From Bacteroidota bacterium (GTDB lineage: Bacteria; Bacteroidota; Bacteroidia; AKYH767-A; OLB10), in the NCBI GenBank assembly GCA_024638565.1, contig JAHEKC010000003.1:1285-65284 (forward strand): a DNA stretch of 64,000 bases. The letters are read 5' to 3'. The position numbers were made by a program, and so were the translations under genes. Positions 41,978-51,681 of this stretch are shown here, one piece after another. A model generated the notes under the pieces. That model saw only the letters and a list, made by a program, of their open reading frames with translations. It was not told the origin of the DNA and ran no database searches. Each line of letters begins with the position of its first letter. The first letter of the stretch is position 1.

Positions 41978-43234
41978 CTAATCATTGACCACCACTCCCT
42001 GCCGCCAGCGGTCCACCATTCGAAACCAGGTTTGTTCATAATAGTTGGATCGACGAAGGATATAGTCATTGGTGGAAAATGGATTGTAGATCTTGTCGAA
42101 CGAGAAGGTGACGGAACTGATGTTGTTGTAATTTCCATAGGTCCATTCCTCGGAACCCGAATTCCGGAATACGGAGGTGGGTGCGCCCATTACGGTAAAG
42201 ATCATGCCCCGGTCCGTCTTCCAGCCTTCGAGGTAGGAGGTGAACAACCGGTTGGCTTCCTGTATCCGGGTATAGTATTTCCGGATAAGGGTTCGCGCAC
42301 GTTCGCGGTTGCCTGCCAACTCAACCCAGAATTCATCGGTAGCCCTTTTCTTGTCGCCTGCAGCCGACAGCTTTTCATACTCGCGGTTGGTGGTGATATA
42401 GCGGAGCGATTCCACCAGTTGTGCCGCATCGGTGATCCTGGGAAAGTCTTCGTCGAACCGGTAGATGGAAATGCCGGCCTTATTGGTGGTGTCATGCTGG
42501 AAGTGGTAAATGCCGTTCCGCAGGAGGATGATGACCGCGGAATCCGAATCTATGGTGAAAACACTATCCGCGCCGTAGTCGAACCTTACCGGGAACCGGG
42601 AGGCGAACGGGGGTGCGGCCACCGGGAAACCGCGGAAGTAGCACCTGACTACCAGCGGCCCGTGTGCATTGCTGCCCCGGTAAAATCGGAATGGCTCGGT
42701 GCCGGCCACGTGGTTCCGGAACATGGGGACCTTGGAGTATGCCGGGACAGGAAGGAACCGTTGTGCGGATTGCGGGCTGCTCTTGTCCGCGTCGACGAAC
42801 CAGGTCACGCTTTTCTTCCGGTAAAGGTCCTCCAGTTTGACGGACAGTACGAATGCCGGTTTGGGTGCGCGGAAAGAAATATTGTACATCAGGTAATCAC
42901 CCACAGCCGACTGGTTGGCAAATACTGCGGAACCCGTGTCAAGCACACTCTTGCTGTCATAGGTTTCATGAAGTGACCATGTTACCCGCACGGAAGCATC
43001 CTGCTTTCCAGTGGCGCCTTTTCGGTACAGCAGTTCATCCTTGTGGATGCGGATATACAAAATGGATAAATCACCATCGTGGAAGAGGGCGGATGCGGGA
43101 TGAAGGAATGTTTCCCGGTAGTCGTAGTTGATGGCCAGGTTCTGGTTGGAGAGCTTGGTAAACGATTTGCACGAAGCCATCGCGGAAAGCAAAACGATGG
43201 CCGCAAGAATTCTGTTCATCCGGGTAATCATCAA
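41978..43234 (-). CDS. GWxTD domain-containing secreted protein.
   Basis: Signal peptide, plus the C-terminal ...YLEGWKTDRGMIFTVMGAPTSV... motif. Confidence 0.7.
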   Translation of the reverse strand: MMITRMNRILAAIVLLSAMASCKSFTKLSNQNLAINYDYRETFLHPASALFHDGDLSILYIRIHKDELLYRKGATGKQDASVRVTWSLHETYDSKSVLDTGSAVFANQSAVGDYLMYNISFRAPKPAFVLSVKLEDLYRKKSVTWFVDADKSSPQSAQRFLPVPAYSKVPMFRNHVAGTEPFRFYRGSNAHGPLVVRCYFRGFPVAAPPFASRFPVRFDYGADSVFTIDSDSAVIILLRNGIYHFQHDTTNKAGISIYRFDEDFPRITDAAQLVESLRYITTNREYEKLSAAGDKKRATDEFWVELAGNRERARTLIRKYYTRIQEANRLFTSYLEGWKTDRGMIFTVMGAPTSVFRNSGSEEWTYGNYNNISSVTFSFDKIYNPFSTNDYILRRSNYYEQTWFRMVDRWRQGVVVND

Positions 43235-43370
43235 GTCTTTTTGGTTGGGCTATCCCCTTGTTGAAAATGCGGGTATAATAAAGGATTATGTATGACGCAA
43301 CTTATCACTGCCACTGAAATGAATGGCAGGGTATCGGTTTACAACGATTCTATGCCAGGGGACAAATATC

Positions 43371-44636
43371 CTATTCCGGTTCCGCCCTTTCCACCAGTGG
43401 CGGCGCAAGTGACTTTTGCGCTTTGGCTCCGAGTTTTTTCATTTTTTCCGCGCGCCGGACCAGGTTGCCACTGCCTTCGGTCAGCTTGTTCATGGCCTCC
43501 GTGTATTCCCGCTTGGAGTCGTCCAGGCGGCGACCCAGCTTCAGCAGGTCTTCCACGAATCCGACAAACTTGTCATATAGCTTGCCGCCTTCCTCCGCAA
43601 TCTCAATGGCATTCCGCGTCTGTCGTTCCTGCTTCCAGATGGATGCTACCGTCTTGAGCGTGGCCAGCAGGGTGGAAGGGCTTACGATGACGATTCGGCG
43701 GTCCCAGGCATATGAGAAAAGCTCCTTATCCACACGCATGGCGGAGCTGAATGAAGATTCAATAGGAAGGAACATCATCACGATATCCGGTGAGTTATAA
43801 TTATCACCGGTATGGTAATGCTTTTCACCAAGGATCCTGATATGGTTCCGCAGCGATTCGATGTGCGCTTTCTCGTACTTCGCCGCTTCCGGACCCTGGG
43901 CGTGCACCATTTGTTCATAGGCCGTCAGGGATACTTTCGCGTCGATGATCAGGTGCTTTTCCTCCGGCAGGTAAACGACCACATCCGGCTTGATGCGTTC
44001 GCCGGTTGCATTCTGGGTGACGTCCTGGGTTCTGTACTGTATCCCTTTCTCGAGGCCCGAACTCTCGAGTACCTTTTCGAGGATAAATTCTCCCCAGTTG
44101 CCCTGCTGCCGCGTGTCGCCCTTCAGCGCTACCGCCAGGTTATTGGCCTCTTCGCTGATCCGCTGGTTTTGTTCGATCAGCCTCTTGATCTCGCCTTTCA
44201 GGGTGTTGCGCTCGCTGGCATCCAGCTTGTAAGCGGTGTCTACCTTCTGTTCGAACTCCCTGATCTTTTCCTTCAACGGGTTAAGGACAAGGTCAAGGTT
44301 GCTCTTGTTCTGTTCGGTGAATTTCCTGCTTTTTTCTTCCAGGATGGCGGCGGCCAGGCGTTCGAACTCCTTCCGCATGGTTTCCTCCTGGGATTCGAGT
44401 TTTTCCCGCAGGGACTGAAGCAGGGTGTTGGCTTCGGACAGCGCGGCGGTCTTGTCCATCAGCGCCTGCCGTTCGGCCCTGAGCTCCGAATCAAGCGCGG
44501 AAGCCTTTATCCGTGCTTCATCCAGGCTCCGCTCCACAACAGCCAGGTCCTTTTCCACCCGCCCGTAACGGGCCCGGGCGAACAGGTATGAAGCAACAGC
44601 CAGTGCAGCAGCAAATGCGATGTATAATAAAGTCAT
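43371..44636 (-). CDS. rmuC: DNA recombination protein RmuC.
   Basis: N-terminal TM, a long coiled coil, and the RmuC C-terminal domain (…VVYLPEEKHLIIDAKVSLTAYE…). Confidence 0.85.
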   Translation of the reverse strand: MTLLYIAFAAALAVASYLFARARYGRVEKDLAVVERSLDEARIKASALDSELRAERQALMDKTAALSEANTLLQSLREKLESQEETMRKEFERLAAAILEEKSRKFTEQNKSNLDLVLNPLKEKIREFEQKVDTAYKLDASERNTLKGEIKRLIEQNQRISEEANNLAVALKGDTRQQGNWGEFILEKVLESSGLEKGIQYRTQDVTQNATGERIKPDVVVYLPEEKHLIIDAKVSLTAYEQMVHAQGPEAAKYEKAHIESLRNHIRILGEKHYHTGDNYNSPDIVMMFLPIESSFSSAMRVDKELFSYAWDRRIVIVSPSTLLATLKTVASIWKQERQTRNAIEIAEEGGKLYDKFVGFVEDLLKLGRRLDDSKREYTEAMNKLTEGSGNLVRRAEKMKKLGAKAQKSLAPPLVERAEPE

Positions 44637-44691
44637 AAACCGGAAAAATCAAAATTAACACAAATCACGGGAAGGCAGGGTATATCCCGTG

Positions 44692-45543
44692 TCAGCGCAC
44701 GGCTTCAGCATAGAGCGTAATACGCGGGAGCGTATCGAAAAACGTCCCGTTGCGCCATACAGGGACCTGGCTTTGCAGGTATCCGGACAGGGAAGCATCC
44801 CCGAACCCGGCAGTGCGCATCATGGCGGTCAGCTTGCCTTCATGAAACCAGTTCATCCGGTGATAGGGAAACCTCGACTGCAATTCGGGCGGACACCGTC
44901 CGGTGCAATGGTCAAATGCGGATTCAAGCGGCATTTCTGAAAATACCTTTTCAAGCTCCCTGTCCCCGATCCGCTCCCCGGCACCTTCAACCGTGATGGT
45001 TGAAGCGGTGGCTGCAAAGTCCTCCAGGAATACCTGGCCCAGGGAGGCATTGCTGAGCGGCATTATCAGGTTCGTGTGCTTCCAGTGTGCAGTTGCATCA
45101 TGGTCGTGTTCCCAGTAAAAGAAATCCCGGTCTCCGCGACGCCATGCATCGTGTGACAGGCGGGTATTGCATACGGTAATCCGCAATGTGCCGCCGGGTT
45201 TGAGGATCCGGTGCGATTCCCTGAGGGTAAATAGCGCTGCCTCATCCGTCACATGCCCGAGGGTATGACCACAATAAACCAGTTCGGCAATGCCATCATC
45301 CAACGGAAGCGGAACCATGCGCATAAGATCATGGCGGATATGGCCGGCAGGCGTACCCCCGGGAAACAGGTCGATATGGGTCCAGCACGGGTGAAGGGCG
45401 GAACCGCCCCCGATGTTATAAAATCTCCGGTCACGCACCGCGTCATCGCCGAACAGGCGACGGTAATCACCGGTGTCGTCAAGGTTGGCGATTCGCCTGA
45501 TGTCGAAGCCTGTTTTTTGCAGGAGGCGGCGCAGCGGGTGCAC
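44692..45543 (-). CDS. Hypothetical protein with a degenerate class-I SAM-methyltransferase fold (FkbM-like?).
   Basis: FYNIGGGSAL is a degenerate motif I. ...ILKPGGTLRITV resembles a post-motif-II segment. There is no clear family signature. Confidence 0.4.
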   Translation of the reverse strand: MHPLRRLLQKTGFDIRRIANLDDTGDYRRLFGDDAVRDRRFYNIGGGSALHPCWTHIDLFPGGTPAGHIRHDLMRMVPLPLDDGIAELVYCGHTLGHVTDEAALFTLRESHRILKPGGTLRITVCNTRLSHDAWRRGDRDFFYWEHDHDATAHWKHTNLIMPLSNASLGQVFLEDFAATASTITVEGAGERIGDRELEKVFSEMPLESAFDHCTGRCPPELQSRFPYHRMNWFHEGKLTAMMRTAGFGDASLSGYLQSQVPVWRNGTFFDTLPRITLYAEAVR

Positions 45544-45686
45544 GTAGGTCAGATTTGTTTGTTATTTAAGTGCCGCTGTCACAATAAGTACGTGACTGCT
45601 TACCGCAGCCTCCTGCCGCTTGTCCATGAACAGCAAGAGGACTTACGTCCCCGCGATGATTTGGATAGGACCTGGTCCCGTACAAC

Positions 45687-45983
45687 TCACGTACCGGGCA
45701 GGATCCCGGGGCCGGCAGCCTGCAGTTCGGCACGGCTCACGTTCTCGGATTGCTCCAGCGCCTGTCGCAGTGCTTCTGCCAGGTGCCCGGTAAGTTCGCC
45801 TTTCCGTTCAGGCGATACCAGTTCGTCGTCGATCTGGATTTCCTTTACATCCCTGTTGGCGGAAAGGGATATGCGCACCTTCCCTTCGGCAGCCGTGCCG
45901 TCCACCGTAATATTGTCCAGCCGTTGGCGGATCTCTTCCATCTTTTTCTTCAGCTCCATGAGCTTGCCAATCTTATCCATCAT
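45687..45983 (-). CDS. ybaB: YbaB/EbfC nucleoid-associated protein.
   Basis: MMDKIGKLMELKKKMEEIRQRLDNITVDGTAAEGKVRISLSANRDVKEIQIDDEL. Confidence 0.85.
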   Translation of the reverse strand: MMDKIGKLMELKKKMEEIRQRLDNITVDGTAAEGKVRISLSANRDVKEIQIDDELVSPERKGELTGHLAEALRQALEQSENVSRAELQAAGPGILPGT

Positions 45984-46015
45984 TTTTCTAGGTTCCGGGT
46001 TTAAAGTATACGGTC

Positions 46016-46049
46016 GTTGAACTGTTGAACTGTTGAATTGTTGAATTGG
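46016..46049. repeat. Heptamer tandem repeat (TGTTGAAC/T) x4.
   Basis: gttgaactgttgaactgttgaattgttgaattgg, in the divergent ybaB/thiolase promoter region. Confidence 0.7.
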
Positions 46050-46248
46050 AATGGACCAGCCTCAACATTCAACTATCAACCATCTATATCCTGCTATTCC
46101 GGCTTTGTCCATGCAGGGCGGCATGTTCCTGCCATTCCATATGCCACTTCACTGATTGCTGACCACTGTTCACGCGTCACACCAAAGGTAACCATCTCCC
46201 GCCTTTTTATCGGCCTTGTACAATATTCCATAATTTTGCGCTTTCAAA

Positions 46249-47436
46249 TTGAACGCTATGGCTAAAGAAGTAGTAATTGTATCGGCAGTACGCACGCCCA
46301 TGGGCAGTTTTGGCGGAAGCCTGCGGGGCCTTTCCGCACCACAGCTCGGTGCAGCAGCCATCCGGGGCGCCATGGAAAGGGTCAGCCTTGATCCCGGGGA
46401 GGTGACCGAAGTGTATTTCGGAAATGTTTTGCAGGCCAACCTGGGCCAGGCGCCGGCGAGGCAGGCGGCAAAATATGCAGGCCTGCCGGACACGGTGCAC
46501 TGTACCACGGTGAACAAGGTTTGCGCTTCGGGCATGAAATCCATCATGGTGGGCGCACAGTCGATTCTTTGCGGCGACAATGATGTGGTCGTGGCCGGCG
46601 GAATGGAAAGCATGAGCAATGTGCCGTTTTACGCGCCGGATATGCGTTGGGGAAGGAAATACGGGGATACAAAACTTGTCGACGGGCTCGCGAAGGACGG
46701 GCTGGTGGATGTGTACAATGCCTATGCCATGGGGAGTGCAGCCGAACTGTGCGCCCGGGAGTGTAACATCAGCCGCGAGGACCAGGATGCCTTCGCCATC
46801 GAATCGTACAAACGCGCCGCGGCAGCCTGGAAGGACGGAAAATTCCGGGACGAAATCGTTCCCGTGGAAGTGCCGCAGCGGAAGGGAGACCCGGTCCTGT
46901 TCGCCGAGGATGAGGAATACCGGAATGTCAAATTCGAAAAGATTCCGCAGCTGAAATCAGCTTTTGAAAAAGGCGGATCTGTCACCGCCGCCAATGCCTC
47001 CACCATGAATGACGGTGCAGCAGCGGTCGTTTTGATGAGCCGGGAGAAAGCCGATGCCCTTAAAATTACGCCGCTCGCCGTGATCAGGGGCTATGCAGAT
47101 GCGGAACAGGCACCTGAATGGTTTACCACCACGCCCTCCAAGGCCGCTCCGCGTGCCGTGGACAAAGCCGGGCTGAAGATGGAGGACATCCAGTACTGGG
47201 AACTGAATGAGGCGTTTTCCGTTGTGGGCATTGTGAACACACGTGAAATGAAACTGGACCCTGCGAAGGTCAATGTGCATGGCGGTGCCGTGGCGCTGGG
47301 ACATCCGCTCGGATGCTCAGGCGCACGTATCATCGTGACGCTGATCAACGTGCTGCGCCAGAACCAGTCACGGTACGGCGCGGCCGGCATCTGTAACGGC
47401 GGCGGCGGTGCCAGCGCCATGGTGCTGGAAACCTGA
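46249..47436 (+). CDS. Acetyl-CoA C-acetyltransferase (thiolase II).
   Basis: VVIVSAVRTPMGSFGGSL...NKVCASGMKSI...NVHGGAVALGHPLGCSGARI. Confidence 0.9.
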   Translation: MNAMAKEVVIVSAVRTPMGSFGGSLRGLSAPQLGAAAIRGAMERVSLDPGEVTEVYFGNVLQANLGQAPARQAAKYAGLPDTVHCTTVNKVCASGMKSIMVGAQSILCGDNDVVVAGGMESMSNVPFYAPDMRWGRKYGDTKLVDGLAKDGLVDVYNAYAMGSAAELCARECNISREDQDAFAIESYKRAAAAWKDGKFRDEIVPVEVPQRKGDPVLFAEDEEYRNVKFEKIPQLKSAFEKGGSVTAANASTMNDGAAAVVLMSREKADALKITPLAVIRGYADAEQAPEWFTTTPSKAAPRAVDKAGLKMEDIQYWELNEAFSVVGIVNTREMKLDPAKVNVHGGAVALGHPLGCSGARIIVTLINVLRQNQSRYGAAGICNGGGGASAMVLET

Positions 47437-47464
47437 CGGTGCCCCGGGTATAAAAAAGTGCTGC

Positions 47465-48007
47465 ATGACCGACGGACTCTTGGTCAGGGAAATTGAACCC
47501 GCTGATTTTGACTATATCATCCGGTACTGGACGGGCGCCGGCGATGCATACCTAGAATCGCTGGGCGTGGATCTTTCGAAAAGGCCCGTCGCCGGCGATT
47601 TGCGTTCTATGCTCGAGGCGCAGTATACGGCTCCCTACCTAAAGAAGAAATCCTATGCGCTGATCTGGGAGGCCGGCGGCCGTACCATTGGCCACTGCAA
47701 TATCAACGATATTTCGTTCGGCCGGGAGGCGAAGATGCATTTGCATATCTGGGAAGCCGCCGACAGGCGAAAGGGATTCGGTGTGCCGGGCATCCGCTGG
47801 TCGGTACCCTTGTTTTTTGAAAAAATGAAACTGGAGCGATTGTATTGCGAACCCCATGCGAATAACACCGCTCCGAACAGCGCGCTCGCCCGGGCAGGAT
47901 TCCATTTCGTGAAGGAATATGTGACCGTGCCCGGCCCCATCAACTTCGAACAGCCGGTTAACCAGTGGTTAATCACGCGGGATGACGTGAAGGGTATGGC
48001 GGGATAG
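47465..48007 (+). CDS. GNAT family N-acetyltransferase.
   Basis: The likely start is ATG 47465 (MTDGLLVREIEPADFDY...), within ORF 47408..48007, which overlaps the thiolase end. Confidence 0.65.
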   Translation: MTDGLLVREIEPADFDYIIRYWTGAGDAYLESLGVDLSKRPVAGDLRSMLEAQYTAPYLKKKSYALIWEAGGRTIGHCNINDISFGREAKMHLHIWEAADRRKGFGVPGIRWSVPLFFEKMKLERLYCEPHANNTAPNSALARAGFHFVKEYVTVPGPINFEQPVNQWLITRDDVKGMAG

Positions 48008-48037
48008 CCGGAATTAATTCTAAAAATTACGACCAAG

Positions 48038-48772
48038 ATGGAAAAAGAACAGAACCTGGCATTGCTGATCGATGCCGATAATGTATCCCACAAGCATGTC
48101 AAAGCCCTGATGGAGGAGGTAGCCCGCTACGGAACCCCAACATTCAAGCGAATATACGGCGACTGGACACGTCCGGCGCTTTCCGGCTGGAAAAAGGTAC
48201 TGGTGGAACATGCCATTACCCCCGTACAGCAATACAGCTACACACGTGGTAAGAACTCCACTGATTCAGCATTGATCATTGACGCCATGGACATCCTGTT
48301 TACCGGTGGGGTGGATGGCTTCTGCATCGTCTCGAGTGACAGCGACTTTACACGGTTGGCGACACGATTGCGGGAAAGCGGCAAGGTGGTTATAGGCATC
48401 GGTGCAAAAAAGACGCCGGCGGCATTCATAGCCGGGTGCAACAAGTTTATCTTTTTGGAAATCATCGAGCAGGACGCCGGTGCCGCTCGGGGTTCGGTAA
48501 GGAAAAAGCGAAAGCCGCCGTCCGTATCGCCGGTAAACCAGGGCCTCGCCCGGCTGGTAAGCGACAGCATCAGCGACCTTGCCGACGAACAGGAGTGGGT
48601 CTTCCTGGGAACGCTCGGCAACCTGATCGTGAAGAAGCATCCCGAGTTCGACCCGCGAAACTATGGTCACAAAAAACTGCTCGATCTCATGCGCGGCCTT
48701 CCGAATGTCGAAATCGACGAACGCAAACAGGGCAAGGATAAGGTGGTGCATTATTATGTGCGCAACCGGTAG
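48038..48772 (+). CDS. NYN-domain (PIN-like) protein with a C-terminal OST-HTH/LOTUS domain.
   Basis: LALLIDADNVSHKHVKALMEEVARYGTPTFKRIYGDW...DSALIIDAMDILFTGGVDGFCIVSSDSDFTRLATRLRESG is NYN-like. The C-terminal ...LGNLIVKKHPEFDPRNYGHKKLLDLMRGLPNVEIDE is LOTUS-like. Confidence 0.7.
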   Translation: MEKEQNLALLIDADNVSHKHVKALMEEVARYGTPTFKRIYGDWTRPALSGWKKVLVEHAITPVQQYSYTRGKNSTDSALIIDAMDILFTGGVDGFCIVSSDSDFTRLATRLRESGKVVIGIGAKKTPAAFIAGCNKFIFLEIIEQDAGAARGSVRKKRKPPSVSPVNQGLARLVSDSISDLADEQEWVFLGTLGNLIVKKHPEFDPRNYGHKKLLDLMRGLPNVEIDERKQGKDKVVHYYVRNR

Positions 48773-48814
48773 AAACTGGCTTTTGCCGCCCAAGCTTCAG
48801 GGTTCAGACAGACG

Positions 48815-48886
48815 GATCACGGTAAGCGGTTTACGAATCACGGTTTACGGATTACGATTTACTGTTCACTGATCACTGTTCACGGA
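48815..48886. repeat. Array of about 10 heptamer units (ATCACGG/TTTACGG/TTCACTG).
   Basis: atcacggtaagcggtttacgaatcacggtttacggattacgatttactgttcactgatcactgttcacgg, 40 nt after the NYN gene stop. Confidence 0.75.
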
Positions 48887-48946
48887 TGATGCCCTCCGTC
48901 TCGTCCGTCAATTCGAAGAATAATTACATTTGGACCCCGCTACCAA

Positions 48947-49720
48947 ATGACCCACGGAATCTGCAACCTGAGCCTTGTGTCGGTGTATACCGAGCCATCG
49001 TACCGCAGTGGCATTGCGACCCAACTGCTTTTCGGGGAGGCATTTGAAGTGAAGGAGCAAAAGGGGGAGTGGCTCAGGGTGAAGCTGGCATACGACGGTT
49101 ACGAGGGCTGGATGCCCACGGCCTGCTGCGTGGATATTGATAAGGAAGATTACGAAGCGCTGGGGGGCGAGGAAACCTACATCACCTATGACCTGGTCCA
49201 GATTGCGCTGCACGACAAGACAATTGTATCTCTTGTGCTTGGAAGTTCACTTCCGTTTTACCGCGACAAGAAATGCAGGGTGGGGGAACGGCAGTACCAG
49301 TTCGACGGTAATGCCCGTTTCCCCGAGCGGCTGGGTACCAGCAGGACCCTCATGGAAAATGCCTACATGTACCTGAATGCACCCTACATGTGGGGTGGCC
49401 GGTCGCCGTTCGGCATCGATTGTTCGGGCTATACCCAAATGGTATTCAAACTTTCGGGAATCCGGCTGCAGCGCGATTCGCACATGCAGGCCGAACAGGG
49501 ACAAACGGTGAACCTGCTCGATGAGGCGAATGCCGGTGACCTGGCATTTTTTGACAATGAAGAAAGCAGGATCACGCATGTGGGCATCCTCGCGGGAAAG
49601 GACCGGATCATTCACGCCTCCGGCAGGGTGCGCATTGACGCCATCGACCACCATGGCATTTACAGCAAGGACACCAACCGATACAGCCACAGGCTGCGAC
49701 TGATCAAACGGCTGCTTTAA
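48947..49720 (+). CDS. C40 (NlpC/P60) peptidase with an N-terminal SH3-like domain.
   Basis: ...APYMWGGRSPFGIDCSGYTQMVF...ITHVGIL... Confidence 0.85.
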   Translation: MTHGICNLSLVSVYTEPSYRSGIATQLLFGEAFEVKEQKGEWLRVKLAYDGYEGWMPTACCVDIDKEDYEALGGEETYITYDLVQIALHDKTIVSLVLGSSLPFYRDKKCRVGERQYQFDGNARFPERLGTSRTLMENAYMYLNAPYMWGGRSPFGIDCSGYTQMVFKLSGIRLQRDSHMQAEQGQTVNLLDEANAGDLAFFDNEESRITHVGILAGKDRIIHASGRVRIDAIDHHGIYSKDTNRYSHRLRLIKRLL

Positions 49721-49746
49721 TTTAATCCAACCAAACAAGATATAGC

Positions 49747-50151
49747 ATGCAAACGTTAAGTGAAACGATTGAAAAAGTAAAGAAATTCCATGCTGTTTTC
49801 GGACTGGCGTCCGGCGACCAGCCCGAGGGAAACCTTGATGAGGAAACGGTCAAATTGCGCCACCGCCTGATGGAGGAAGAAAACGACGAGTACCTCCTGG
49901 CTGCAAGCAACGGCGACCTCGAAGGCATTGCGGATGCCCTGGGGGATAAGTTGTACATCCTGTGTGGAACCATCGTGGCACATGGCCTCCAGGACTGTAT
50001 TGCAGAGGTTTTCAATGAAATACACCGGAGCAACATGAGCAAGCTCGGCGCCAATGGCAAACCGGTCAGGCGGGAGGACGGCAAGATCCTCAAGGGAGAA
50101 GGCTATTTCGAGCCTGATATCGGTTCGATCATAGACGAGAATACCGGATAA
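49747..50151 (+). CDS. MazG-like nucleotide pyrophosphohydrolase family protein.
   Basis: A 134-aa all-helical protein: EETVKLRHRLMEEENDEYL...ADALGDKLYILCGT. Confidence 0.5.
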   Translation: MQTLSETIEKVKKFHAVFGLASGDQPEGNLDEETVKLRHRLMEEENDEYLLAASNGDLEGIADALGDKLYILCGTIVAHGLQDCIAEVFNEIHRSNMSKLGANGKPVRREDGKILKGEGYFEPDIGSIIDENTG

Positions 50152-50234
50152 CTTTTACACAAACCAAACGTATAAAAGGCTATTATCATTATATTTGATT
50201 CCCAGTAGTTTATAGTTTTCCAAAACATGACCAG

Positions 50235-51482
50235 ATGAATAGATCCTTACTCATTGCGATTGTACTTTTCGTAGTCCAGCCGGCGTTCGCGCAGCAGCAG
50301 CCGGTACAGCGCTGCGGTACGGCAGCACACACGGCCTGGCTCGAAAAGCAGGACCCGTCGTATGCCATCCAGCGGCAGCAGTATTACGAGCGGGCGCTCG
50401 AGTACGAACACCAGCATGGCACGGAATCGGGTGCCATTGTAACCATTCCCGTGGTATTTCACGTGGTTTGGAAAACGTCGGCGCAAAACATTCCGAATTC
50501 AAAGCTGCTCGCACAGATCGATCAGCTTAACCTTGACTACACCGCCAGCAACCCGGACACCGCCAGCATTCCGTCTGTCTTCAAACCGGCGCTTGGCAAT
50601 GCGGATATCCAGTTCTGCCTGGCCACGCAGGATCCTAACGGTATGCCCACGGACGGGATCGAACGGGTGCAGACATCCTATAACTCCTTCTCCACGAATA
50701 ACGTCGTAAAGAACGTATCCCCGGCCTGGGACCGGAACCGGTACCTGAACCTATGGGTTTGCAACCTGGGGTCAGGCCTCCTTGGGTACGCCCAGTTTCC
50801 CGGTGGCAGTGCCTCCACGGACGGCGTGGTGATGCACTACGGCACCGTGGGCAGCGCACAGAATCCGGCCAACTATAACTGGGGCTTTGGTGCCAACTTC
50901 AACTGGGGGCGTACGGCCGTACATGAGATCGGGCACTGGCTGGGGCTGCAGCATACCTTTGACGGCGGCTGCCATACCAACTGTGCGCTTCAGGGTGACA
51001 AGATATGTGATACCCCACCTGTTTCGGGACCTTCCTACGGCTGCCCTTCCTTTCCGAAGATCAGTTGCAGCAATGGCCCCAACGGCGGCATGTTCATGAA
51101 CTACATGGATTATGTGGACGACGACTGCATGAAGATGTTCACCAACCAGCAGGCGAATGTCATGGGAGGCATTATCAACAGCGCACGTGTGCTGCTCCAG
51201 ACCTCGCAAGGCTGTGTGCCGCTTTCCGTTTCTGATCTCAATACGCTGAACGCGTCCGTCTATCCCGTGCCCGCTGACGACTACCTCGAGGTAAGCCTTT
51301 CCGGGGCAATGGACCTGGAGGTCATGTTGTATGATGCCGAAGGCAGGGTGGTGTACAGGTCCGAAGGATGGATCTCCGGACCGCTGCACATCGATGTCAG
51401 CCGCTACCCGGCAGGGGTATACATGCTTCACCTTTCCACCAGCGAAGGAAATACGAGGAAGCGTGTTGCACTGATGCATTAA
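50235..51482 (+). CDS. M43 (pappalysin/cytophagalysin-like) zinc metalloprotease with a T9SS C-terminal sorting domain.
   Basis: HEIGHWLGLQHTF (HExxHxxGxxH). The C-terminal ...VYPVPADDYLEVSL...GVYMLHL... is a T9SS CTD. Confidence 0.8.
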   Translation: MNRSLLIAIVLFVVQPAFAQQQPVQRCGTAAHTAWLEKQDPSYAIQRQQYYERALEYEHQHGTESGAIVTIPVVFHVVWKTSAQNIPNSKLLAQIDQLNLDYTASNPDTASIPSVFKPALGNADIQFCLATQDPNGMPTDGIERVQTSYNSFSTNNVVKNVSPAWDRNRYLNLWVCNLGSGLLGYAQFPGGSASTDGVVMHYGTVGSAQNPANYNWGFGANFNWGRTAVHEIGHWLGLQHTFDGGCHTNCALQGDKICDTPPVSGPSYGCPSFPKISCSNGPNGGMFMNYMDYVDDDCMKMFTNQQANVMGGIINSARVLLQTSQGCVPLSVSDLNTLNASVYPVPADDYLEVSLSGAMDLEVMLYDAEGRVVYRSEGWISGPLHIDVSRYPAGVYMLHLSTSEGNTRKRVALMH

Positions 51483-51504
51483 GCACTTGTTGCTTTAAGG
51501 ATAA

Positions 51505-51531
51505 GGGCAGCTTTCGCTGCCTTTTTTTTTC
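51505..51531 (+). terminator. Rho-independent terminator after the M43 protease gene.
   Basis: GGGCAG-ctttcg-CTGCCC followed by TTTTTTTTT. Confidence 0.65.
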
Positions 51532-51546
51532 CCTTGACCACCTGGT

Positions 51547-51575
51547 ATGTACTGACTGCAACTGCAACTGCTACT
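51547..51575. repeat. ACTGCA/ACTGCT hexamer repeat (actgactgcaactgcaactgctacttg).
   Basis: Seen in the sequence. The 3' flank CTTGTAAAA is shared with the 33068 copy. It lies ~110 nt upstream of thrS. Confidence 0.55.
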
Positions 51576-51681
51576 TGTAAAATTAACCACCCGGTCCCTG
51601 CAGTTTATTTGAACATGATTCATTGAAACCACCCATCCTAATACTTATCTTCGCAAGCCTTATCGAATCACCTGCAACAGC

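Noticed and set aside
42032-42976. 314-aa plus-strand ORF inside the GWxTD gene.
   Set aside because: Antisense artefact of high GC. No motifs.
43812-44591. 259-aa plus-strand ORF inside rmuC.
   Set aside because: Antisense to rmuC. Leu/Phe/Val-rich mirror of a coiled-coil coding strand.
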